Source: Chiloscyllium plagiosum
Lineage: Eukaryota
Direction of reading: 5' to 3'
Assembly (NCBI RefSeq): GCF_004010195.1
Contig: NC_057750.1
Location: 13,971,387-14,035,386 of the forward strand
DNA length: 64,000 nucleotides
This document shows positions 37,647 through 49,333 of the stretch, in pieces (positions within the stretch are counted from its first letter, which is position 1; every line of letters starts with the position of its first letter). The notes under the pieces were generated by a model. The model had not been told where the DNA came from. It worked only from the letters and a program-made list of their open reading frames with translations, and searched no databases. A program made the translations under genes and the position numbers.

Positions 37647-38383
37647 AGAGGAAGTGGTTAATGCAGGTACAGTTACAATGTTTAAAAGATATTTAGATAT
37701 GTACATGACTAGGTAAGGTTTGGAGGGATTCGGGCCAGGAGCAGGCAGGTGGGACTAGTTTAGTCTGGGATTATGGTCAGCATGGACTGGTTGGACCGAA
37801 GGGTCTGATTCCGTGCTGTATGGTTGTATAACTCGATAATTGCTGGAAGTGCATGCCCTGTCCAATAATGTAGATTGTAGAGGATTCAATGAAGAGGACC
37901 CAGTAGTGATGTAAACTAAATGAAGAAACTCTGGTAAGCTATTGAACAGTGCCAAATCAAATGACAAGGGAAGACATATCCACATGCTCTATTAGTAAGT
38001 CACTCAACAGCCAACACAGGCATCTGATGTAAAGTTTGACCCTGGTCTGCAGTAGTGCTCAGTATTCGATCACTTGAGTCTTGTGGTAAAATGGTCCCTG
38101 CCTCTATATCACAAGATCTAGGTTCAAATCCCACTCCAGAACTTGATGGCCATAGAAAGTGTATTCATAACAGGGCATTATCCTTCCAGCACACGCCAAT
38201 AGCAGCTGATAACAGCGAGAGAGATTCTTGGTGATCCATGAGATGGTTAGAAATTTGGAGCCTCTGCCAACACTATCGTTGGTCCCAGACTAGAACATGC
38301 ATTGTTACAGTAACTCAGATTCCCAGGCACTGGAGGGCAGGGTGGGCCAACAATACAAGGTTTGATTCCCACCCAGGCAGGGT

Positions 38384-38895
38384 TAGAATTGCTACAGTGT
38401 GGAAACAGGTTATTCAGCTCATAGAGTCTTCACTGACCCTCCGAGGAGAATCCCATCCAGACCCACCTCCCTACCCTATTCCAGTAACCCTGCATTGTCC
38501 AAGGCTAACCCACTTAGCCTGCACATCCCTGGACAATTTAGCATGGCCAATCCACCTAGCCTGCACATCCCTGGACACCATTGACATTTAGCATGGCCAA
38601 TCACCCTAGCCTGCACATCCCTGGACACCATTGACAATTTAGCATGGCCAATCCACCTAGCCTGCACATCCCTGGACACCCTGGACAACTTAGCATGGCC
38701 AATCCACCTAGCCTGCACATCCCTGGACACCCTGGACAATTTAGCATGGCCAATTCACCTAATCTACACATCTTTGGACTGTGGGAGGAAACTGGAGCAC
38801 CCGGAGAAATGTGTAAACTCCACTCAGGCAGTTGTCTGAGGGCAGAATGAAACCCGGCTCCCTGGCGCTGTGAGGCAGCAGTGCTAACTACTGAG
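38384..38895 (-). mobile_element. HE1-like SINE with internal tandem expansion (five 42-51 bp units, 38510-38760)
   Basis: CCACCTAGCCTGCACATCCCTGGACA...ATTTAGCATGGCCAAT repeated. Confidence 0.9.
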
Positions 38896-40469
38896 CGACT
38901 TGGATCTGAGACCTGCCTCCTTGCCCTGCCTGTATTGGAGATCATGGGTTGGACCTGTCTTTGGGCCAAGAACCCAAGAAGAAAACTCCTCAGTGGATTA
39001 AAAATGACGAGTTCTTATTTAGCTTACTACACTGAATAGACTCTGGCAAAAATGATATGTTATGTTTAGTAAAGAGATGGACTAGTGTTTGAACTGCTCC
39101 TGTCCTTATGGGAACAGTACCAGTGCCTGTTAAACAGAAGACAAAGACAACGATGTGTAGAGGAGAAGCCATTGTACAATTTGGCTGAATGATGAAACAT
39201 GATGACAACTATCACCTCCGACTGATGTATTTAAAATACATTTCGTATATGTTGGCCAGGGGCGGTGGGAGCACATTTAGGTTCTAAAGGAGAGTTGGAT
39301 GTTAACTCTGTATCTCTGAGCTACATCTGCTGACTCTCTCTTCTGTTTTAATGTCAGATCTCCAGCATCCACAATTTTTTGCTTTTATTTGACCATTTCT
39401 AATGGTTAATGATAAAGTGTTAGCAAATAGCAGGCCAGATGCAAATCCTCACTATAGGCGCTTACAAATTTAAAAGTGGACAATGTATTGGAGATATACG
39501 CGCTTGAATAGGATTCTGTGAGGAAACCTGACAAATCTCCAGTTTCTTTTATGCTCACTAATTGACACAAAGACGCATTCATTATGTTTATAAAGGCTAG
39601 TACTATGTTCCTTGAAAGATACTGACTGGGATTTAGTTTGCTCAGAGTAACATACATTATCTTTTGAACATCCCTAACCACAAAATCTCAGTTGTTGACA
39701 GCATCTTCATTTCCACAGCTCGACGTTCAATCAAGAAGCAAATACCTGAGGGGATTAAAAATCTTAAAGGTTTTAATTATCTCATTTTATGTCCATCATA
39801 TTACATCAGTGGTCACTGACAAATCAATTTGAGGAAATCTGTTTTTTATCTTGACTCGGAGAAATACCATGTGAGAGATAAAATCAAAATATTTTATTTG
39901 CAGTTCCCTGTGCGTTCTCAATTCCCACTGCTTTATTATTAGAAACTAGGCTTAGAATGTTTTTTTTATCTTTGGAACTGTCTTTTCGATTTTGCTTTGA
40001 AAAATCCCCAGGAATGCTTTTGTGTCTGAAATGGCTCTTCAGAAATGGAGAATATTAGGTTGAGAGAGAGAGAGAGAGAGAGAGCCAACTGAACATTTGG
40101 TATCAGTTGAAAAATGAAATTTTTCATCAACAGCCTACATTTTTAGTGTGAGAAAACACATCCACAGAGCTCACAGAGGTTTAAGGAAAAGCACAAATGT
40201 TCAACCAAGAGAGATACCAAAACAGAAGTTTAACCAATATGTGCTTTTCTTGTATTCGTTCAGAGGATGGCTGATTATGAATGAATTAAAAACAAAAGGC
40301 CATGGAGGCAAAGCTATTGAATACGTTTAAGAAAGAGATAGATTTCTAGACACAAAGGGGTATAGAAAGAGAGAGGTGGGGGGTGGGGGGGTAAGGGAGC
40401 ATGGTTTTGAGACACAGGGTCAGCCACGATTACATTGAATGGTAGAATGGCCATTCCTGCTTCTATCTA

Positions 40470-42955
40470 GAGTCATAGAGTCATACAGCACGGAAACAAA
40501 CCCTTCAGCTCAACCAATCCACACCAACCATAATCCCAGACTAAATCAGTCCCACCTGCCTCCACTTGAAACATATCCCTCCAAGCATTTCTTACTTAAT
40601 CAAATGCTTTTTTAAAAATTGTAACTGCGTCCACATCCACCACTTCCTCTGAAACTTCATTCCACATATAAACCACTCTCCGTGCAAAAAGGTTGCCCCT
40701 CACATCTTTTTAAAATCTTTCTCCTCTCACCTTAAACATATGCCTCACAATGTTGAAATTCCCCCACCCTAGAGAAAAGATACCTACCAATCACCTTATC
40801 TATGCCCGTCATGATTTTATAAACCACAATAAGGTCATCCCACACCCTACTATGCTCCAGTGAAAAAAGTCCCAGCCTATCCAGCCTCTCCTTATAACTC
40901 CTTATAAGGATTAAGGAAAATCCCAAAGCCTTTTACTTGTATATAAGGAGCAAAAAGGTAATTAGAGAAAGGGTTGGCCCACTCAAGGACAAAGGAGGAA
41001 ACCTATGCATGGAATCAGAGAAAATGGGCGAGATTCTTAATGAGTACTTTGCATCCGTATTCACCGAGGAGAGGGACATGACAGATGTTGAGGTTAGGGA
41101 TAGATGTTTGATTACTCTGAGTCAAGTCAGCATACGGAGGGAGGAAGTGTTGGGTATTCTAAAAGGCATTAAGGTGGACAAGTCCCCAGGTCCATTTGGG
41201 ATCTATTCCAGGTTACTGAGGGAAGTGAGAGAGGAAATAGCTGGGGCCTTAACAGATATCTTTGCAGCATCCTTGAACACAGGAAAGGTCCTTGAGGACT
41301 AGAGAATTGCCAATGTTGTACCCTTATTTAAGAAAGGAGGCAGGTATAATCAGGTAATTCTGGACAAGTGAGCCTGACGTCAGTGGCAGGCAAACTTCTG
41401 GAGAAGATACTGAAGGATAGGATCTATTTTTCATTTGGAAGTAAATGGGCTTATCAGTGAGAGGCAACATGGTTTTGTGCAGGGGAGGTCATGTCTTACA
41501 AACCTAAAATAACTCTTTGAGGAAGCGACAAAGTTAAATGATGAAGGAAGGGCTGTAGATGTCATATTCATGGACTTCAGCAAGGCGTTTGATAAGGTTC
41601 CCATGATAGACTGATGGAGAAAGTGAAGCCATATGGGGTCCAGGGTGTACTAGCTAGATGGATAGAGAACTGACTGGGCAGCAGGAGACAGAGAGTAGTA
41701 GTGGAAGGGAATTGCTCAAACTGGAGAACTGTGACCAGTGGTGTTCCATCTGGGAAAATGAGAGGTGATGCATTTTGGAAGATCCAATTCAAGAGCTAAC
41801 TATACAGAAAATGGAAAAGTCCTAGTGAAAATTGAGGTATAGAGACATCTGGTTGTTCAGGTTCATTGTTCCCTGAAGGTGGCATCGCAGATTGATAGAG
41901 TGGTCAAGAAGGCATACGGCATGCTTTCTGTCATTGGACAGGGTATTGAGGACAAGAGTTGGCAGGTCATATTACAGTTGTAAAGGACTTTTGTTTGGCT
42001 ACATTTGGAGTATTGTGTACAGTTCTGGTCGCCACATTACCAGAAGGATGTGGATGCTTTGGAGAGGGTGCAGAGGAGTTTCACTAGGATGTTGACTGGT
42101 ATGGAGGTTGCTAGCTATGAAGAGAGGTTGAGTTGATTAGGATTATTTTCATTAGAAAGATAGAGGTTGAGGGGGGACCTGATTGAGGTCTACAAAATCA
42201 TGAGAGGTATAGAATCCTTACAGTGTGGAAACAGGCCCTTCAGCCCAACAAATCTACACTGACCCTCTGAAGATTAACCCACCCAGATCCATTCCCCTTA
42301 CCCTATATTTACCCCTGACTAATACACCTAACCCACACATCCCTGAACACTGTGAGCAATTTAGCCCAGCCAATTCACCTAACCTGCACACCTTTGGAAT
42401 TTGAGAGGAAACCCATGCAGACACGGGGAGAATGTACAAACCCCCAGACAGTCGCCCGAGGCTAGAATCAAACACAGGTCCCTGGCACTGCGAGGCAGCA
42501 GTGCTAAGCACTGAGCCACCATGCCGCCCAATATCCACCCTATAGACAGGGTGGATAGCAAGAAGCTTTTTCCCAGAGTGGGCTCTCAATTACTAGGGGT
42601 CACGAGTTCAAGGCGAGAGGGGAAAGGCTTAAGGGAAATATGCATGGAATGTTCTTTATGCAGAGGGTGGTGGGTGCTTGGAACCCGTTGCCAGTGGAGG
42701 TGGTAGGGGCGGGCATTAGCGTCATTTAAGATGTTTCGAGACAGATACATGAATGGGCAGGGAGCAGAGGAATACAGATCCTTAGAAAATAGGCAACAGG
42801 TTTAGGTAAAGGATCTAGCTTGGAGGGCCGAAGGGCCTGTTCCTGTGCTGCACTTTTCTTTGTCTGTTATTCCTTGTTTTCGCAACCGCCATTCCAGCAA
42901 CATCATGTAAAATCTTTTCTGAACCCTCTCCAGCTTAATAATACTATTTTCTATG
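40470..42955. mobile_element. CR1 (-; 40470-40900 and 42870-42955) interrupted by a longer CR1/HER1 (+; about 40905-42865) that carries an HE1 SINE (-; 42210-42530)
   Basis: ORF 40937-41302 reads YIRSKKVIRERVGPLKD...LNEYFASVFT...KVDKSPGP. Internal deletion near 41750. Confidence 0.88.
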
Positions 42956-43735
42956 TTTCTATGTACACCATTAATGCTGTTCGGAAGGGAATCCAAAGGA
43001 GCTTAACCCAGTGACAAAGTGGGAACAGTGATATAGTTCCAAATCAGAATGTCACAAGGGAAATTTTGTTGCACCTCCTGCTGTGTGTACTCACACCCTC
43101 AAAATTGGATAGCATCCTGTCAGCTGTCTCTGTCTCTCGCCCAAGCTTGCTACTTCTGTTCATGCATAGTGTCCTAACTTGTCTCACAAATCATTAGAAC
43201 CTTTCATCAGGTTATACTTAAGGTGGGAGCTTCCCTCATTGTGGAATACTGAACACACCTAAAACGAGAATTAAAGAACATGAGTGCTTGTGTGGATGGG
43301 TAGGATTCTAAGGGCTTTAGGAATAGCAGAAGGCCATTCAGTCCCTCAAACCTATAATTTAAATTACAGCTGATCTGAATCGCAATTCCATCTACTATAT
43401 CTCTTGATACCCAAAGAATATTCTATATAATCTACAAATCACCAACTATCCAAATGCATCCATAGTTTTAAGGGAGGGGGGACCTCTCTACCATTCATGT
43501 GAAAAAGTGTTTCCCTGTATTGCTCCTTAACAGCTTAGCTCTAATATTAAGTTTATAAGCCTGATTCTGCTACAAGGAGAAATAGTTTATCTGTACCTAT
43601 TCAGCCAATTCCATTTAACAATTTACATTCCCCAACCAGATCAACCCTCAACTTTCAGTCAGGTTTCTGGAACCTCTCTGTATAAATTCAATTTCGCAGT
43701 CCCAGACTTTTGAATGGACCTCATTAATATTAATG

Positions 43736-43944
43736 ATGGAAATGTGTTGCTGGAAAAGCGCAGCAGGTCAGGCAGCATCTAGGGAACAGGAGAATCGACG
43801 TTTCGGGCATTAGCCCTTCTTCAGGAAAGGGCTAATGCCCGAAACGTCGATTCTCCTGTTCCCTAGATGCTGCCTGACCTGCTGCGCTTTTCCAGCAACA
43901 CATTTCCATCTCTGATCTCCAGCATCTGCAGCCCTCACTTTCTG
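43736..43944. mobile_element. Young perfect-palindrome PLE family A insertion
   Basis: 84-bp identical inverted arms (43735-43818 and 43827-43910) around an 8-nt loop. Perfect TSD CTCATTAATATTAATG (43720-43735 / 43945-43960). Confidence 0.93.
43792..43827 (-). ncRNA. Minimal type I hammerhead ribozyme motif, intact core
   Basis: Minus strand reads TTC-CTGAAGA-A-GGGC-TAAT-GCCC-GAAA-CG-TC-GATTC. Confidence 0.75.
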
Positions 43945-44762
43945 CTCATTAATATTAATGCTGATCTCTCTGCACCTTCTTGGCAGCTGTAACCTTGTAT
44001 CCTGCCCTCTGTTCTGTAACCCTGGTGCATTTGTTTAGTACGATCTGCCTGTAGAGCATGAAAGACAACACTTTTCACTGTACCTCGGGACACGTGACAG
44101 TAATAAATCAAATCAAATCAAATCAGGTTTCATTCTGGTGAAGTATTGCTGCATCCGCTCCAAGTTCAGCACACCCTTCCCTGATGCAGTGTCGAAATCT
44201 GCCCACAGTTACTCAGTTAAGGGCTGGTCACAATGACTAATTTATTATTCTTAAAATATTCAAATGACACCAGATTGCGACAACAGTTGGAGCTTTTCAC
44301 TGTATTTTACTGTGTTCATTGTAGAGTACAAGTGACAATAAATCATCATCATCATAACTCAAGCATAACTTCCTCATCTTCATATTCAAACTCTTCAGCT
44401 AGCATTCCATTAGCTGGGCACGCGTTGAATAGCCTTGGATGATTTGCGTGTTTACAATTCCAAGATTTTCACCATACAAAGAATATTCCAGTTTATCGCT
44501 TTGGGGGCCAAAGTAAATGACTTTGCACTTTTCACCATAAATTCTAATTAGGAAAGCCAGAATTAGACCAGGAATAGGCCATTTGGCCTTTTGAGCCTGT
44601 CCTGCCACTGAGCTGGATCATGGCTCATCTGATGGTGCTTTCGATTTTTCTGTCTCATCCCTGTTTTCCATACTCCTTGATTCCTTTATCTTCCAAAAAT
44701 CGAACTCGGCCTTAAATAAATTCAGTAACTCAGCCTGTTTTCTAGGAATGGGAATGAGAACA

Positions 44763-45110
44763 GGGTGGCATGATGGCCCAGTGGTTCACACTGCAGCCTT
44801 GCACTGCCAAGGACCTGTCTGCGTGGAGGCGACTGTCTGTGTAGAGTTTGCACGTTGTCCCCGTGTCCACATGGGTTTCTGCTTGGGTGCTCTGGTTTCT
44901 TTCCACAGTCCAAAACTGTGCAGGTTAGGTGGATTGACTGTGCTAAATTTCCCCTTAGTGTCCAGGGGTATGCAAATTAGTTGGATTATCCATGGAAAAT
45001 ATAGGATTACAAGAATGGATAAGGGGTCTGGGTCTGGTTGTGATGCTCTTTAGAGGGTTGAAGTGGACTTGATTAGCTGAGTGGCCTGCTTCTACACTGT
45101 AGGGAATATG
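44763..45110 (+). mobile_element. HE1-like V-SINE within old CR1 fragments (-; about 44130-45500)
   Basis: Head, V domain and tail; flanks read KCKVIYFG on the minus strand. Confidence 0.8.
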
Positions 45111-45804
45111 CAATGAATTTCATACACTAACAAGCCTCTGAGGGAAGACAAATAGTCTCTTCAACACTGTTCTTAAAAAAAAAATGGAGCTTCTTATTTT
45201 TAAACAGTGCCCCCTAGCTCTAATCTATCTTACAAGGGGAACCATCCTTTCAGAATCCTCCCTGTCATAGGGTCTCATATGTTTCAAAAAGATCATCATT
45301 CATTCTTCTAAACTTCAACAAGTAAAGGTCCAACCTGTTCAAGTTTTCTTCATCAATAACCTCTTCATTGAAGGATTGAGTCAAATAAACTTTCTTTGAA
45401 CTCCTGCTAAAGCAATCACATTTTTTTTTCAAACAAGCTGATCAGAATTGTACACAGTAATCCCGATGTGGTTTCACCAATGGTCCTGTATAACTACACT
45501 TTGCCATAATCTTTCCCTATACCTAATGTCTACACTTATCTTTTCAAATCCTGCTCTTGTCCTCACTACTCAATGTTCCTCCTAACTTGATGTGGTCCAC
45601 TCCTCTTAGATATATGGCCCTCCATTCCTTAATTCATGTTGAGGCCTCACAGCAGATCCCTGGTAAACATGGCTGATCAGACCTCACCAATCAGAGTACA
45701 GGTCCTTATTGCTCCCAACCAATTTTTAACACAAGTTGAAAGGTTACCACCAAATCCATGCATCTGTAAATTTTGTCAATAATCTCTTCCATCAAGCCTT
45801 GTCA

Positions 45805-46197
45805 CACAAAATCAAAATACTGCTGGAAATCTGAAATAAAAACAGAAAGTGCTGGAGAAACTCAATATGTCTGGAAACATGAATGGAGACAGAAATAGAG
45901 ACAATGCTTCGGGTCCAGGTTGACTCTCCTTTGGAACTGGATAAGCCTCATAATATGACTTCTGTCCATATAGACGGCATTCAAACATTTTCTTATTTGC
46001 CTTCTTAACAACCTCCTCAAGAGATTCACTAAGATTTGTCCAGTTCAACTTACATTTGCATTGTGAGCACTGAAATAAAAACATTTTAAAGCGATTCAAA
46101 TTTCCAGTTCTGAGATGGGTTACCCGACCTGAAACATTAACTCGGATTTCTTTCCACAGATACTGTTTTTGCTTCTGATTTCCAGTATCTGCAGTTA
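45805..46197. mobile_element. Two old PLE fragments (45805-45940 on -, 46103-46197 on +)
   Basis: CTGAGATGGGTTACCCGACCTGAAACATT is a decayed hammerhead; CTGATTTCCAGTATCTGCAGT tail. Related pieces at 2030-2110, 39280-39390 and 46910-46995. Confidence 0.6.
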
Positions 46198-46199
46198 TG

Positions 46200-47845
46200 G
46201 AGTCATAGAGTCAAAAAGCACAGAAACAGACCTTTCGGTCCAACCAGTCCATGCCAACATGTTCCCAAACTAAACTTATCCCATCTGCCTGCACTTGGCC
46301 CATATCCCTCTAAACATTTCTTATTCACGTACTTATCCAAATGACTTAAATTAGTAACTAAACCTGTATCCACCACTTCCTCTGGCAGTTCATTCCACAC
46401 ATGAACCACTCTCTGCGTTAAAAAAGTTGCCCCTCATGTCCTTTTTAAAACTTACCCCCTCACCTTAAAAATATGCCCCTAGTTTGAATTCCCACCCTCG
46501 GGAAAAGACCCTTGTTATTCACCTTATATATGTCCTTAATGATTTTTAAACCTCTGTAAGGTTACCCCTAAACCTCTTACACTCCAAGGAAAAAGGTCCC
46601 AGCCTATCCAGCCTCTCCTTAAAACTCAAACCCTCCATTCCTGGCAACATCCTGGGAAATCTCTTCTGAATCCACTCCAATTTAACAATGTCCTTCCTAT
46701 AACAGATTGACCAGAAATGAACACAGTTTTCCAGTAGAGGGCTCACCAATGTCTTATATAACCTCAATGCATCATCTCAACTCCTATACTCAAAGGACTG
46801 AGCAACAAAGGCAAGTGTGCTCAGCGCCTTCTTAACCACCCTGTCCATATGTGACACAAACTTCAAAGAATTATGTACCTGAACTCCTGGGTCACCCTAG
46901 ACAAATATAGGAATTGCTGGAAAAACTCAGCAGGTCTGGCAGCATCTATGGACAGGAATCAGAGTTAATGTTTGAGTCAAGTGGCCCTTCCTTCTTACTG
47001 GGATGTGTTGTTTCTGAGAGTCATGATTTACCTCCATAAACTGCGCGCTTATTGTCAGTCCTGTTAATCTCTCCACCCAGTTCACTTTAGCTAACTCTAT
47101 TCTCTTCTCATTACAATTCCATTCATTTAGGTTAAACACAATTCTTTCTCATCAACGTTCTCACTTATGAACGAAATATTAAATTCTATCATGTTATGAT
47201 CACTGATGCCTAAGGGATCTTTTATTCTGAGATAATTTATTGAAGTTGCTTCGTCACGCAACATGAGATCCAAGATAGCCTGCTCCCTAGCTCACTCTAT
47301 GGCATATTGCTTCAGAAAACTATACCTAACGCACTCCAATAATTAACTGTCATTGTTACCTTTTCCAATTTGATTAACTTAATCAACAGGAAGATTAAAG
47401 TCACCAATAATTATTGCTCTATTGTTTTTAAATGCTCCTATCCTCCTCCTGACTTCCCAGCCTCTTACTTTTACAAAAATATTCTGCTTTTCTATTTTTC
47501 CAACTGAAGTCATTAGCTTCACACTTCGCCATATCATATCCTGTCTGCCATGTTCTTGTCCACTCACCTAACCTGTTAACATCTTTTTGCAAATAGACTC
47601 TGTCTCCTTCCCAAAGCTTAGTTTCCCACCTAAATTTGTACCCACTAAATCAATTACACTCAGATCCCTCATTTCAGTCATTAATGTAGATTGTACTTAG
47701 CTGAAAGTCAAGTACAGGTCCTTACGATACACGTCAAGTTACAACTCACCACCAACCTAAAAATTACCGATTCAGTCCCACTCTTCAATTCTGTCTGTTA
47801 AGGGATCCTCAATATATGCTAATATGTTATTCCCAATTTTAGGGG
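46200..47845 (-). mobile_element. CR1 3' end (46200-46895) and older CR1 endonuclease/RT remnants (about 46990-47845)
   Basis: ORF 46546-46767(-) reads LYKTLVSPLLENCVHFWS. ORF 47379-47567(-) reads AIIIGDFNLP, an APE endonuclease motif. Confidence 0.8.
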
Positions 47846-47848
47846 CAC

Positions 47849-48554
47849 TGCATTGAACCAGATCAAGCCCCCTCAAAACATATCAAGGAGATGACCTAGA
47901 CCCTAAATGTATCTTATTTAAAGGTAAGTGTAAGGCACTGTGTTCCAGATGTAATTCAAAATGTCAAGCTATTGGGTTTTATGCAAAACACACTTTACTC
48001 TTACACCTCAGTTAAGATAAAAACAAAAAAAGAATAATTGGCCGAACTTTAGCTGTATCAAAATACTTAACAAAATTATATATATATACTGTTCATCAAC
48101 TGTGCCAATACAGCAGCATTCCATAAACACACTCTTATAAGGGCAAATTCAGCAAAACAGATTTCCTCATTTGCAAAAACAGGAATTGCTGAAAAAGCTT
48201 TGCAGGTCTGGCAGCATCTGTAGAGAGAAATCAGAGTTAACCTTTTGCAGTAAGTGACCCTTCCTCAGACTCCCTCACTTGTGATCTCCTCCAGTTTAGG
48301 AGAAGGAACGCTGACAGAATGAACTTAGCATCAGAGAGAGAGCTGTGTCTAGCAGCTTCAACCCCAAAATCCCCAATTTCAAAACTGAAAGCAAAAACTG
48401 AAACCTTGGCTCCGTGTGAGTTTGAATCTACCCACTCATACTTCTCTTGTCTAAATTTTTTTAAAAATCTATTTATTTTGCTTTCCATGGAGCAGACACT
48501 TCAGGTTAACAACACTCTCCTTCAAGAGATACAAAACAGCTACATTGCATGACA
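47849..48554. mobile_element. Solo LTR family L1 (TG...CA) carrying a PLE fragment (-; 48174-48268)
   Basis: Homologous to the 4047 and 31070 copies. PLE TSD CAGATTTCCTCATTTG (48158-48173) / CAGACTCCCTCACTTG (48266-48281). Confidence 0.7.
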
Positions 48555-48779
48555 CTATATCAAATCATTTTTGAAAACTCATCTGCACTGCATCCCCTTT
48601 TCTACCTGCTGACTCCAACCTTAAAAAGCTCTAAGATTTGTCAAACATCACTCCTCTTTTTTAAACCATTGTTGACTCTGTCATTCAGAAAACATCCACT
48701 ACCTGAGATCATGATTGTTAATTTCCATGTCAGACATTAATTAATACACATCAACAGTGAACTTCAGAAATTCTGTTTC

Positions 48780-49333
48780 AGGGATGTGGGCATCAGCGGC
48801 AAAACTGGCATTTATTATTCCGGTCTAAATGCTCTTGAACTGAATGATTTAGTAGGCCATTTCAGAGAGTATTTAAAAGTCAACCACATTACTCTGGATC
48901 TGAGCTAAAAGTACAATGGACTAGATAGGATTTGTTTAAATATTCAATGAGAGCTTCATCATTGCCATTCGTTTTCAATTCCAGATTTGATTTATGGGAG
49001 GTGATGACCTGACGGGAAAATCGCTGGACCCAGGTAATGTTCTGGTGACAGGGGGTTCAAATTCCACCATGGCAGATGGTGGAATTTGAATTCAGTATAG
49101 AAAAAATCTGAAATTAAGAATCTAATGATGACCTTGAATCCATTGTCAATTGTCGGAAAAACATTAATGCCCCTTAAGGATGGAAACTGCCATCCTTATC
49201 TGGTCTGTCCTCCATGTGACTCCAGACCCACAGCAATGTGGTTGATTCTTAATTACCCTCTGGGCAATTAGAGATGGGCAATAAATGCAGGCCCAGCCAG
49301 CGATGCCTTCATCCAATGAATAAAGAAAAAGAA
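48780..49333. mobile_element. Two SINE S2 copies back to back (- 48780-48990; + 48995-49333)
   Basis: The plus copy is near full length, with tail GGGCAATTAGAGATGGGCAATAAATGCAGGCCCAGCCAGCGATGCC. Confidence 0.85.

Larger units (their letters stand above)
43700..44125 (+). mobile_element. Rex1/Babar-like LINE 3' end (host of the palindrome); another copy at 49335-49550 (-)
   Basis: TTTTCACTGTACCTCGGGACACGTGACAG-TAATAAA-(TCAAA)n. The 49335 copy encodes KNSFFSAVISLLN. Confidence 0.65.
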
